A stretch of DNA of 53,367 bases from a virus. Lineage: Duplodnaviria; Caudoviricetes. A program made the translations under genes and the position numbers. The notes beneath the pieces were generated by a model. The model worked only from the letters and a program-made list of their open reading frames with translations. It made no database searches and was not told the DNA's origin. Shown here piece by piece: positions 44,395 to 53,367 of this stretch; within the stretch, counting starts at the first letter, position 1; every line of letters begins with the position of its first letter. Location: positions 1 through 53,367 of the IMG/VR virus record IMGVR_UViG_3300034158_000030; one strand, written 5' to 3'.

Positions 44395-47300
44395 CAGCGC
44401 AAGTGGCAGGGCAAATCGTCTACAACCTGGACGTCAACACAACTAAATTCGTCGCAGGGATGCGGACCGCAGACAGCGGACTCGCGAACCTCGGCCAGAA
44501 CATGGACAAGGCAGACAGCTCGGCACAGAAGCTCGGCGGCGGACTCAACAAGGTCACCGTGGCGCTTGGCGGTCTGGCATCAATCAAGGCCTTGCAGACC
44601 ATGCAGGCCATGTCCGAGGAGTTCACCGTCCTGCGCGCCAGAATCGACAGATTCTCGGGCGGCGTAGAGCAGGGCGCTGAAAACTATCAGCGCCTGCTAA
44701 ATATCTCCAGCAAGACCGGCTCGGATATGGCTACGGCCGTTAAGACCTGGGAGAGCCTGACGGGCGCCCTCCAGGAAATGGGCAAGTCTAACGACGACAT
44801 CGTAGGGCTGACTGATACGCTCTTGAAAATGGGCATCGTCGGCGGATCATCGGCCGAGGAAATGAAAAACGGCCTGCGCCAGTTGGGCCAATCGTTCTCG
44901 GGCGGGATCATCCGTGGCGAGGAGTTCAACAGCGTTCTGGAGAACACGCCGGAAATCGCTCGCCAGCTTGCAAAAGGCCTTGGCGTTCCGTTCTCCGAGC
45001 TTCGCAAAATGATGCTCGATAGCCAGCTCACTACCGAGGTAGTTTTCGATGCTCTGAAAAAGCGCACCGAGGCAATCGACGCTGACTTCGCCAAGATGCC
45101 GCGCACCGTTGCTCAGGCAACCAACGCCATCAAAAACGAGTTCGGCTCTGCGCTGTCGAAACTCGACCAGGAGTCGGGATTCTCGGTCAGCCTAGCCAAG
45201 GGCATCGACCTCGTTGCGTCCAAGATCGCAGGATTCGCTGGCGACGCCGCAGCAATGTCCGACGCCCTGGACATGATCGCCGGGGCCGCATCTTCTGTCG
45301 CGGCCGTCATTGCCGGTCGAGTCCTTACGTCGCTCGGCTCCTACATATACGCCCAAGGAACGGCCATTAAGGCGACCATGGCGGCAATCGAGGCCGGCAA
45401 GGCTCAGGCCGTCGGAGAGGTCAACAGAGCGCAGGCAATCCATGCGGGCAACCTGGCGGACCTGGAGCGGGCTAAAACCGCCGTATCGGCCGCAGCGGCC
45501 GGCGTATCGGCATCGAGGCAGGTTCAGGCGGCAGAGATTGCCCGCATGGAAACCGCTATCGCGTCGATCCAGGCCGAGAAGGCCCTTGAGGCGGTACGCC
45601 TGTCCGCGCAGATCACCGACAAAGGGCGCGCGGCCTCGATTGCTCGCATGGCTGAGCTGCAACGCGCACAGCTCGTGCTGACAGGTCAATTGACAGCGGC
45701 GCAAGCGACGCTCGCAGCCACCACGGTGTCCACGTCAACCGCAATGACCGTGGCGACCGAGGGCCGCGCCGTAGCAAGTGAAGCGGCGGCGGCATCAGCT
45801 CTGCGACTGGGAGCGGCAACGTCCGCTATGGCGGCGATCACGTCCGGCGCAACCGTCGTCATGAACGGGCTCAAAACCGCTATGGCGTTCCTCGGCGGGC
45901 CTATCGGCGTCGCAATGCTGGCGGCCCTGGCTATCTATCAGTTCGGGATCAAATCCGAGGAGGCCGCACCCAAGGCCGACCTACTGACCCAGTCCATCGA
46001 TGAGATGGGCAACGCCATGCTAAAGCTGAACCGGATCAAGGTCGCAGAACGCATCGACGAAATGAACAAGTCGCTTGATGCGGAGTCGATCAAGGCCTAC
46101 AACGCCCAAGCGGAGAGCCTGCGGAAAAACCTTGAGCAGTTCCCAGGATCTCCAAACGTCGCAAAATGGACAAAGGACCTTGCAGAGGCGGAAGGCAAGT
46201 CTGAGGAGGCTGAGAAGGGTCTAAAGGCACTCCAGGACAGGCTGAAAGCCATTGACGATGAGACCAAGAAGCGCGCAGGCGAGAAGCCGGCCGAGAAGGT
46301 CCACAAGACCAGCAGCGAAGACCAGCGGGTAATCGACAACCTCAAGGATCAGCGCGCCCTGGCGGCACTTGCTGGAGAGGCTCGCGCTCGACTGGCAGCG
46401 GAGCAGAAGCTTTCCGCGACCGCGACCGCCGAGGAAAAGAAAGCTGTAGGCGACTTGGCCGTAGAAATCTACAAGCTTGAGCAGGTCAAGAAGGACGGAA
46501 AGGAAGCCGAGAAGGACGCAAACAAACAGGCAGCCAAGGACGCTAAGGAGCTGGAGAAGGCGGCCAAGGAAGCAGTCAAGACCGCCGAGGAAAACTCGAA
46601 GGCGATCACCGACTACGCCGTATCCATCGGCATGGCCGCCATGAAAGGCGAGGACCTTGTACGCGCCCAAGCGGCAGCGAAACTAAACAAGTTCGCAACG
46701 CCAGAGGACGTAGCGACCATGGATGCGCTGGCCCGCGCCATGTACAAGGTGCAGCAGGCAGAGGAGAGCAGGAAGCTACTCGGCAGCGTCGACCCCATTG
46801 AAGGCGAGAACCAGGCGCACGCAAAAGAGCTGGCGGACCTTGAGCTACTCAACCAGCAAAAGCAATTGAGCAACGACCGATATCTTGAGCTCAAGAGCCT
46901 GGCAGAAGACGCGCACAGCCAGAAGCTCGCGGCAATTCGCGAGCAAGAATTCCGGGATATGTCGGCAAGCAACGAACTCATGATGGCGTCGCTTGACGCG
47001 CTGGGCTCCTCGGGTGCGCAGGCTATCAGCGGAATCCTGTCTGGAACTGGAGACCTCAAGAGCGCGCTAGCCGGGATCGCAAACACCGTGTTCAACACTG
47101 TGATTGGCTCGTTTACTCAAATGGGCGTCGAGTGGGTCAAGCAGGAAATTATCAAGCGTGCCGCCACCAAGGCGACCGAGGCCGCGCAGGTAGCCAGCAC
47201 GGCGGCGGTAACCACGGCACAGGTAGCCGCAACCGGGACCATCGCCTCGACCACTGTAGGCGCTGCGGCAGCTACCGGTCCAGCCGTAGCAACTGCAATG

Positions 47301-47747
47301 GCGCCTGCTGCGGGCCTGTCGTCTATCGCATCGTTCGGCGGCGCGGCGGTCATCGGGGGCGCTGCGCTTTTGGGTACAATGGCGCTGGCGAAGTCGTTCG
47401 GCGGCGGTCGTCGTTATGGCGGCGGCGTGAGTGCCGACAGCATGTACCAAGTAAACGAAGGTGGCGCGCCGGAGATTTTCAATTCCAGCGACGGCAAGCA
47501 GTACATGATGCCGAACACGCGAGGCGAGGTAGTAAGCAACGCAGACGCAACTAAGGGAGGCGGAAGCGGACAGGCCAGGCCTATCGAGATTCGGATCACG
47601 AACAACGGGAGCCAGGAGGTGACCGCAACCCAAACCAACCTGACAGAAAAGGACGTAATCGACATCGTTGTCGGCAACATGGCAAACGGCGGGGAAATCG
47701 CCCGCACAACGAATGCCATCACCGGCACAAACAGACAGGGAACATAA
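44391..47747 (+). CDS. Tape measure protein
   Basis: 1118 aa, Ala-rich; QLGQ...RGEEFNSVLE tape-measure domain. Confidence 0.95.
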   Translation: MTAQVAGQIVYNLDVNTTKFVAGMRTADSGLANLGQNMDKADSSAQKLGGGLNKVTVALGGLASIKALQTMQAMSEEFTVLRARIDRFSGGVEQGAENYQRLLNISSKTGSDMATAVKTWESLTGALQEMGKSNDDIVGLTDTLLKMGIVGGSSAEEMKNGLRQLGQSFSGGIIRGEEFNSVLENTPEIARQLAKGLGVPFSELRKMMLDSQLTTEVVFDALKKRTEAIDADFAKMPRTVAQATNAIKNEFGSALSKLDQESGFSVSLAKGIDLVASKIAGFAGDAAAMSDALDMIAGAASSVAAVIAGRVLTSLGSYIYAQGTAIKATMAAIEAGKAQAVGEVNRAQAIHAGNLADLERAKTAVSAAAAGVSASRQVQAAEIARMETAIASIQAEKALEAVRLSAQITDKGRAASIARMAELQRAQLVLTGQLTAAQATLAATTVSTSTAMTVATEGRAVASEAAAASALRLGAATSAMAAITSGATVVMNGLKTAMAFLGGPIGVAMLAALAIYQFGIKSEEAAPKADLLTQSIDEMGNAMLKLNRIKVAERIDEMNKSLDAESIKAYNAQAESLRKNLEQFPGSPNVAKWTKDLAEAEGKSEEAEKGLKALQDRLKAIDDETKKRAGEKPAEKVHKTSSEDQRVIDNLKDQRALAALAGEARARLAAEQKLSATATAEEKKAVGDLAVEIYKLEQVKKDGKEAEKDANKQAAKDAKELEKAAKEAVKTAEENSKAITDYAVSIGMAAMKGEDLVRAQAAAKLNKFATPEDVATMDALARAMYKVQQAEESRKLLGSVDPIEGENQAHAKELADLELLNQQKQLSNDRYLELKSLAEDAHSQKLAAIREQEFRDMSASNELMMASLDALGSSGAQAISGILSGTGDLKSALAGIANTVFNTVIGSFTQMGVEWVKQEIIKRAATKATEAAQVASTAAVTTAQVAATGTIASTTVGAAAATGPAVATAMAPAAGLSSIASFGGAAVIGGAALLGTMALAKSFGGGRRYGGGVSADSMYQVNEGGAPEIFNSSDGKQYMMPNTRGEVVSNADATKGGGSGQARPIEIRITNNGSQEVTATQTNLTEKDVIDIVVGNMANGGEIARTTNAITGTNRQGT

Positions 47748-47753
47748 AGCACA

Positions 47754-48239
47754 ATGTCACTACTCGAACAGATATGCGCAAGCGGCGGGGATCAAGCCGT
47801 CATCGACAGTCTTGAGCTGTCTTGCCCTATCTGGACGGGGCCTCAGCGCCTTGTCCAGGGGTTTGAAGACCTATCACTAGGGTTCGGCAATGGCTCCTAC
47901 GCGCTATTCCGAGCCGTTCCGCTAGGGATCGTCCTGCCGGCTCGAAGTAACAGCCCGAACCAGAAACTGACGTTCGCAATCGACAACGTCCTTGGCGAGG
48001 CTCAGCGACTGGTTGACCAGGCGCTAGCCGAGAATGCGCCTATCAAGATGACGTTCCGCCGCTATGTCGAGGGCAACCTTTATGGGCCTGCCGAGGTTCC
48101 GTTTGTTGCGACGGTGCTAGGCGGCGGCATCAAGGGAACAACTATCCAACTGAACGCGGGGTTCCATAACTTGCTCGACTACCGATACCCTCGCGACACC
48201 TACGACCTCGACTACGTCCCGGACCTTGCTTACGTATGA
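47754..48239 (+). CDS. DUF1833-like minor tail protein
   Basis: LELSCP.W, LTFAIDNV.GE and FRRY motifs. Confidence 0.8.
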   Translation: MSLLEQICASGGDQAVIDSLELSCPIWTGPQRLVQGFEDLSLGFGNGSYALFRAVPLGIVLPARSNSPNQKLTFAIDNVLGEAQRLVDQALAENAPIKMTFRRYVEGNLYGPAEVPFVATVLGGGIKGTTIQLNAGFHNLLDYRYPRDTYDLDYVPDLAYV

Positions 48240-48634
48240 ATTGGATCAATGATTACATGCTCAGCGTCAAGTACGTTGACGGCGGACGCGGGCCAACCGA
48301 GTTTGATTGCTGGGGCCTGGCTCGCGAGGTCCGACACAAGCACTGCGGAAAGCGCCTGCTACCGAGCTGGGGCCACCTGCGAAACAACAACCCGAAAGAG
48401 TTCACCCGAGCCTATCGAGCCGAATCCGCCGCCATGGAGGCATGCCAGCCCGAGCACGGGGCGATTGCAGCGGTTTTCATCAACTCGCTGTGCGTCCATG
48501 TCGGGGTTGTCATTGAAGTGCCAGGGATAGGCCTGTGGGCGCTTGAGATAAACCCCGGTAAAGGCGCCTCATTTAAGCGCGTGTTAGAATTCCAGGCTCA
48601 ATACCTCAAGGTGATCTATTACCGTGACAATTAA
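48236..48634 (+). CDS. NlpC/P60-like tail tip protein
   Basis: YVDGGRG..FDCWGL...HVGVV. Confidence 0.85.
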   Translation: MNWINDYMLSVKYVDGGRGPTEFDCWGLAREVRHKHCGKRLLPSWGHLRNNNPKEFTRAYRAESAAMEACQPEHGAIAAVFINSLCVHVGVVIEVPGIGLWALEINPGKGASFKRVLEFQAQYLKVIYYRDN

Positions 48635-51600
48635 AGTGTTCTCCTCGAAGTTCTGCGATGAACCGACAGAGATTTATCAGTCGGACGCACCGACGGTGGG
48701 CGCCTGGCTGTCCGATAATATCAAGTCGTACCAGCGGCACCTGACCCAACAATTCAGCGTTTGCGTTAACGGAAAGCGAATCTGTCAAGCCGCTTGGCAT
48801 GACCACCTTGTGTCGACGCTGGATGACATTTGTATCACTGTAGAGCCGAAGGGTACAGAGTTATTTTTTGGTGGCCTGCTTCTTGTGGCAACCAGGATGA
48901 TGACGCCCAAGATTCCAAAGCTCAACAGCGCCGCGACCAAGACCGGCAAGGACCTCGATCAAGCGTCGATCAAGGGCAACAAAATCAAGCTCAATGATGT
49001 TCGGCCGGACATCGCCGGCCTGAACAAGGTGTACCCGAACGTCATAAAGCCGCCTCACCGATACTTCGCGGGCAAGCGCAACCAGCGCGTAAAGCTTTGC
49101 CTCGACATCGGCAAGGGCTATCACAGCATTCAGCCGAGCGACATCATGATCGGCGACACGCCGCTTCTGAGTCTTGGCGACGACGCTAACTGGAAGATCT
49201 ATCAGCCTGGGCAGTCCCTGGCTGCCGATGACCGCGCCGAGTGGTGGCACGATGTCGTCGAGGTTGGTGCCGGCTCTAACGGCTCATCAGGTCTTGAGCT
49301 GGCCTTGTCCGACCCTCTTACCGAGAGCTACGTCGCTAGCGTCCATCAGCTCAGCAATTTCATTGTTTCTATCCCGGCCGGCGCCGGCTCGTTCCCGGCT
49401 GACTGGGCATCCGGCCTGATTGTCAGAATCGAGGCCCCATATCAATACGAGGTGCTCGATGGCCCTCGCGACATTATCAAGGGTATGGCGCTGCAAATGC
49501 TCGCCCCTGTAGTCGGCCAACAGATTGAGATTTACGGACCAATAAATAGCGGTTTTTTCACCGTCGATAGCTACGTGCCGCACTCGCCAGAAGTGCCAGG
49601 TGCTCCAGGTCGCGTTTCCAAGCTGACCGGATCTGCGCCACCATCGCGCTACGACTTCGACGCGACCCCTATCAGCTTCACGCTGTCGCTCGGAACAACT
49701 AGCTACCCGCTGACGATCAACACGGCAGTCACAAACCTCGCGGGGCTTGCTGCGGCAATCAACACGGCAAAAGGGTCGGCACCGATCAACGCCACCGGAG
49801 AAGGCGGCGTTATCGTCATCCGCCAAACCGGAACGCCTGACGGCAGGTCGCTTAACCTGATCGGCGGGGCCGATGTTTTCGGCGGATCACCTGGAGTTGT
49901 TTCCGGCGTAGCTGCGAGCGCGCCGACTCCAGAGGTCATTCCGCAAATGACCCTAAACCTTTCTGATGGGTCGCCAGCGGCAAGCCTTGCTCTAGGCCCT
50001 ATGGCGGCGGCAATTGGCCCGGCAGGCCTTAGGTATAGACTTTCTGCGGCGAGCTCTACAAGCCTGACCGTTGGGCGCCTAACCTCTACCGGATCGCCTG
50101 ATACATCATTCCCGGGCTTTCAGTTCCTTGAAACTCAGGCCGCAGTGATAAGGCTTGACCCGTCGAATATGGTTGGCGGCTATCGAGGTCCGTTCGTGGC
50201 GTGCCCCGAGGGCGAGAAGACGACTCGCCTTGAGTGGGATACATTCCACCCGCAAGGCCTGTGCGGTATCGGTCGAGAGGGGCAAATCTATGAGGTCAAC
50301 GCCTATCACACGCTCGAATATCGAGACGTTGAGACGGCTGGGGCCTGGACGGCGATAGACCGGCAGCACCGAAGCGGATCGCTAGACTCGTGCGGCTTCA
50401 CTGACTTTGTCGACCTACCATACCCGATGAGACCAGAGGTTCGGATCATCAAGCGATTCGTGAGCCAGCCAGGGCGCACAGACAACGAGAAGAAAGACGC
50501 CACTGTATGGTACGGCATGAGGGCTCGCCTGAGCGGCGCAACGTCCTACCCCGACAGCACGACCATAGTTCTGTCCGTTCGCGGCGGTGACAGGCTTTCA
50601 GCTCAGGCTGAACAGCTTGTATGGCTCAAGACAACCAGAATGCTGCCAGTGCGTCGCGGCGGGGTTTGGCAGCCACGCGAAGCGACACGCGATATCGTGC
50701 CGTTCTGCCTGTACGTGCTGAAAGCCGTTGGTTACACGGACGCGGATCTTGACCTTGCCGAGTGGGATAGGCTCGATGAGTTCTGGCGCGCACGCGGAGA
50801 CACATACGACAAGATCCACAACTCAGCTAGCACCGTCCTGCAAATTATCGAGGATTGCCTAGCGGTCGGGTTCGCTGAAATCACGGTTAAAAACGGCCTG
50901 ATCAGTTTGGTGCGTGATGAGCCTCAGCTGTTCTACAAGTCGCTCTACACGGTCGACGCGATGGCCTTGGGCAACGAGCTTGATATCCGCTTTGACGCGG
51001 TACGCCTGGACGATTACGACGGCGTCGACGTCGAGTACATGGACGGCGTCAAGTGGCAGGTCGCTACTGTCAAGTGCAGGTTCGTCGGGGAGCCCGCGGC
51101 AAAGCGCGTGCTCAAGGTAAAGGTCGACGGGATCACCGACAAGACCAAGGCGTATCAGTTTGGCATGCGCCGGCTGCGAGACCTGAGATACCGCAGGAAA
51201 ACGTTCTCGTGGGGAACCCACATGGACGCCCTGAACAGCAACTTTGGCGACTATGTCCAGGTAGCAGGGGATACGCCAGGCTACTCGCAATCCACCGTAA
51301 TGGAGGCATACGACGCGGCGTCAAGGACTGTAACGGCTACCGAGGCGCTCAACTGGGCGGACTTCACGCCACCATATTTCATGTCGATCAGGACGCACGA
51401 CGGGAAGTGTTTTGGTCCGCTTCGGGTAACCCCAGTCGGAGAGTACGGCGCACAGCTTGAGCTGCCGCTGAACTTCACGCCGATACTGGACAACCCGAAC
51501 AGCATAATGCGCCCCCTGATCCTGCTGGGGGTTGGCTACTCAGTACAGATCACCGACATCAAGCCGAACGGTACGGACGCCGCCACGGTAGAGGCAAAAA

Positions 51601-51650
51601 TCTACGCGCCAGAGGTCTACCTAGACGACGACTCGCCAGTTCCCGCGTAG
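48624..51650 (+). CDS. Central tail tip/host-specificity protein (TipJ-like)
   Basis: 1008 aa; GPFVACP, DGVDVEYMD..W, G.TD..AYQFGMRR and MDALNS motifs. Confidence 0.85.
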   Translation: MTIKVFSSKFCDEPTEIYQSDAPTVGAWLSDNIKSYQRHLTQQFSVCVNGKRICQAAWHDHLVSTLDDICITVEPKGTELFFGGLLLVATRMMTPKIPKLNSAATKTGKDLDQASIKGNKIKLNDVRPDIAGLNKVYPNVIKPPHRYFAGKRNQRVKLCLDIGKGYHSIQPSDIMIGDTPLLSLGDDANWKIYQPGQSLAADDRAEWWHDVVEVGAGSNGSSGLELALSDPLTESYVASVHQLSNFIVSIPAGAGSFPADWASGLIVRIEAPYQYEVLDGPRDIIKGMALQMLAPVVGQQIEIYGPINSGFFTVDSYVPHSPEVPGAPGRVSKLTGSAPPSRYDFDATPISFTLSLGTTSYPLTINTAVTNLAGLAAAINTAKGSAPINATGEGGVIVIRQTGTPDGRSLNLIGGADVFGGSPGVVSGVAASAPTPEVIPQMTLNLSDGSPAASLALGPMAAAIGPAGLRYRLSAASSTSLTVGRLTSTGSPDTSFPGFQFLETQAAVIRLDPSNMVGGYRGPFVACPEGEKTTRLEWDTFHPQGLCGIGREGQIYEVNAYHTLEYRDVETAGAWTAIDRQHRSGSLDSCGFTDFVDLPYPMRPEVRIIKRFVSQPGRTDNEKKDATVWYGMRARLSGATSYPDSTTIVLSVRGGDRLSAQAEQLVWLKTTRMLPVRRGGVWQPREATRDIVPFCLYVLKAVGYTDADLDLAEWDRLDEFWRARGDTYDKIHNSASTVLQIIEDCLAVGFAEITVKNGLISLVRDEPQLFYKSLYTVDAMALGNELDIRFDAVRLDDYDGVDVEYMDGVKWQVATVKCRFVGEPAAKRVLKVKVDGITDKTKAYQFGMRRLRDLRYRRKTFSWGTHMDALNSNFGDYVQVAGDTPGYSQSTVMEAYDAASRTVTATEALNWADFTPPYFMSIRTHDGKCFGPLRVTPVGEYGAQLELPLNFTPILDNPNSIMRPLILLGVGYSVQITDIKPNGTDAATVEAKIYAPEVYLDDDSPVPA

Positions 51651-51686
51651 TGGTACAATGCAAAACCGATGAATGGAGGTTGACAA

Positions 51687-52154
51687 GTGGCTTTACCCGT
51701 ATACCCAGTCGGCCTACCGCTCGGCCTGCAAAGCGGGCGCTCATACCGGACCGCGTCCAATGTGAAGCGCTCGCTACTCGCTACCGGCCGCGCAAAGCAG
51801 CGTCGACTTTATACCGACGTGCCGACCTACGCCAAAATATCCTGGCTCCTCACTGATGAGCAGACACAGCTATTCGAGGGGTTCTGCCGTGACGCGCTAA
51901 AGGATTGCGTGAACTGGTTCGTGGTCCCGCTTCGCACCCCGCTAGGCCTCGGAGGCCACACCGTTCGATTCACTGACGGTTACGACGGGCCGGCAGACGC
52001 TGGGCCTGGCCTTTGGCGGATATCGGGAGAGCTCGAATTCCTAAAGCGGCCGCTTATCCCGGTTGGCGAGTGGGAATTCCCAGGCGACATACTTTTCAGC
52101 AAGTTGCTTGACAAGACAATTAACGTGGAGTGGCCGAAACATGACGACATTTAA
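51687..52154 (+). CDS. Distal-tail-like minor tail protein
   Basis: YP.GLP, GRAKQRR.Y..VPT, WF.VPLRTPLG and WRISGELE motifs; GGAGG SD. Confidence 0.7.
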   Translation: MALPVYPVGLPLGLQSGRSYRTASNVKRSLLATGRAKQRRLYTDVPTYAKISWLLTDEQTQLFEGFCRDALKDCVNWFVVPLRTPLGLGGHTVRFTDGYDGPADAGPGLWRISGELEFLKRPLIPVGEWEFPGDILFSKLLDKTINVEWPKHDDI

Positions 52155-53367
52155 CACCGGAAACGCCGTGCCCTCAGGGGATGCGCGGGACCGCTTTGAC
52201 AACTCTCAAACGCTTGATGAGGTCGTATCCGGCAATCAGACGCACTACAGAAACAGGATTGGCGTTTACGTCATGTCGCTGTTCGGGATGAAAGCCACAT
52301 TTGAGAGCGATCAAGCGAACAGAAAGCTTGAATTCGATACGCTCATGCTGTCCATGGGTTACATGGATATCGGCGACTATGATTCCGGCCCGCTGAGCAT
52401 CACGAGCAGGAATCAGGTGTTCAAGAAAGACGGCGAGCTGTGGAAGGCGGGTCCAAGCGTGACGCTTCCGTTTTCTACGTCCGGTAACTGGGCGGTCGAC
52501 AAGGTCGGGATGCTGGCGGTTGGCGATAACTCCCTGAGACAGCAGATCGCGTCCGGTTCCGGAAGCGGGATCATTGGTTATCTGCGCGCAAAAGTTGGCG
52601 CAGTCTTCAGGACCGCTCAAAGCAAGTTCGAGGAGGATGTAACTCCTACCGACTTCGGGGCATCCCCGTCAGGAATTGCCGACGCTACGACAGCGTTTGA
52701 CGCATTGCAGGCCGCATACTCGGGCAGGATCATCGACCTCAAGGGTGGCACTTTCGCGGTGTCGGCAATTCCATCAGGGAATACCTATGTAAACGGGTTT
52801 TTCAACCTTGGCGGAACGATCTATAATGCTGCGCAGGACTCTACCGCAATCGGCAGCGCAACCGACACAGGAGGATTGATCCCTGCCTATAACGGCGGGA
52901 CGCAAGGAACTCCAACGCTCCCAGGTCGGGACACGGTATTCAACCGCGTAATCATCGCGTGCAGCAATTGCCGGGTGCTTTTTGTTCGGGGCGCCGCAAT
53001 CGCCTCGATTTACACCTGGGTCAAGGCAAACGTAGGCTTTGCGGCCGCAGCTCGACAGTGCGTCGTTAACGGCCCTCAAGCTTCCGCAATATCGTCCGAG
53101 GAATGCCAGTCCTATGGATTCCGAGCTGTTCATTACGGGTCGGTATTCTGCAAGGCCATGGTCTCATCCGGAGGAAGCTTTGTAAGTCGCCTTGGCCGCC
53201 TTGGCGGCTCCTACGTCGCCCTCGTGGCAACTAACACATGCCGAATCGGCAACGGACGGAATGCTCGACTGATCGTAACCGTTACAGCCGGCCAGGTATC
53301 CGGCGTCGCAATTGCCGACGGTGGGTCAGGGTACAATCCAGAGACAATCATTCTCGAATTCGAGGAC
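52141..53367 (+). CDS. Tailspike, N-terminal part (wraps to 1-1469)
   Basis: Hand-translated MTTFNTGNAVPSGDARDRFDNSQTLDE virion-anchor domain, then TPTDFGA...DATTAF; in frame with 39-1469 after the wrap; absent from the ORF track, consistent with running off the edge. Confidence 0.88.
   Translation, partial: MTTFNTGNAVPSGDARDRFDNSQTLDEVVSGNQTHYRNRIGVYVMSLFGMKATFESDQANRKLEFDTLMLSMGYMDIGDYDSGPLSITSRNQVFKKDGELWKAGPSVTLPFSTSGNWAVDKVGMLAVGDNSLRQQIASGSGSGIIGYLRAKVGAVFRTAQSKFEEDVTPTDFGASPSGIADATTAFDALQAAYSGRIIDLKGGTFAVSAIPSGNTYVNGFFNLGGTIYNAAQDSTAIGSATDTGGLIPAYNGGTQGTPTLPGRDTVFNRVIIACSNCRVLFVRGAAIASIYTWVKANVGFAAAARQCVVNGPQASAISSEECQSYGFRAVHYGSVFCKAMVSSGGSFVSRLGRLGGSYVALVATNTCRIGNGRNARLIVTVTAGQVSGVAIADGGSGYNPETIILEFED
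53186..53367. repeat. Terminal direct repeat, copy 2
   Basis: Matches 1-182 with one mismatch. Confidence 0.95.

Noticed and set aside
1-53367. Stop-codon reassignment, DGR/retron, integrase or phage-plasmid lifestyle
   Set aside because: Core genes are intact in the standard code and use all three stops. No suppressor tRNA, reverse transcriptase, recombinase or ParA was recognised.

Overview
The window is a complete, circularly permuted siphophage genome of about 53,185 bp. Bases 1-182 repeat 53186-53367 with one mismatch, and the tailspike gene wraps across that junction. Gene style suggests a Pseudomonas-like gammaproteobacterial host (inference). No integrase or DNA polymerase is recognisable, so it is probably lytic and uses the host replisome. 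Modules in order: endolysin and spanins; a leftward replication/recombination operon (Sak4-like ATPase, SSB, dUTPase, YqaJ-like protein, SF2 helicase, VRR-NUC); primase-polymerase and a putative iteron origin; two XRE-HTH genes; about 40 small early genes; a tRNA/ncRNA array; an isolated fibre gene; holin and terminase; an inverted portal/MuF block; head, neck and tail genes. The best candidate for an undescribed system is a translation-mimic toolkit. It comprises a 1 kb non-coding operon in which four real tRNAs alternate with two cloverleaf RNAs whose anticodon loop is replaced by a large insert, plus other structured RNAs, together with an early protein carrying an EF-Ts N-terminal domain. 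All folds and family calls were made by eye and need computational confirmation.
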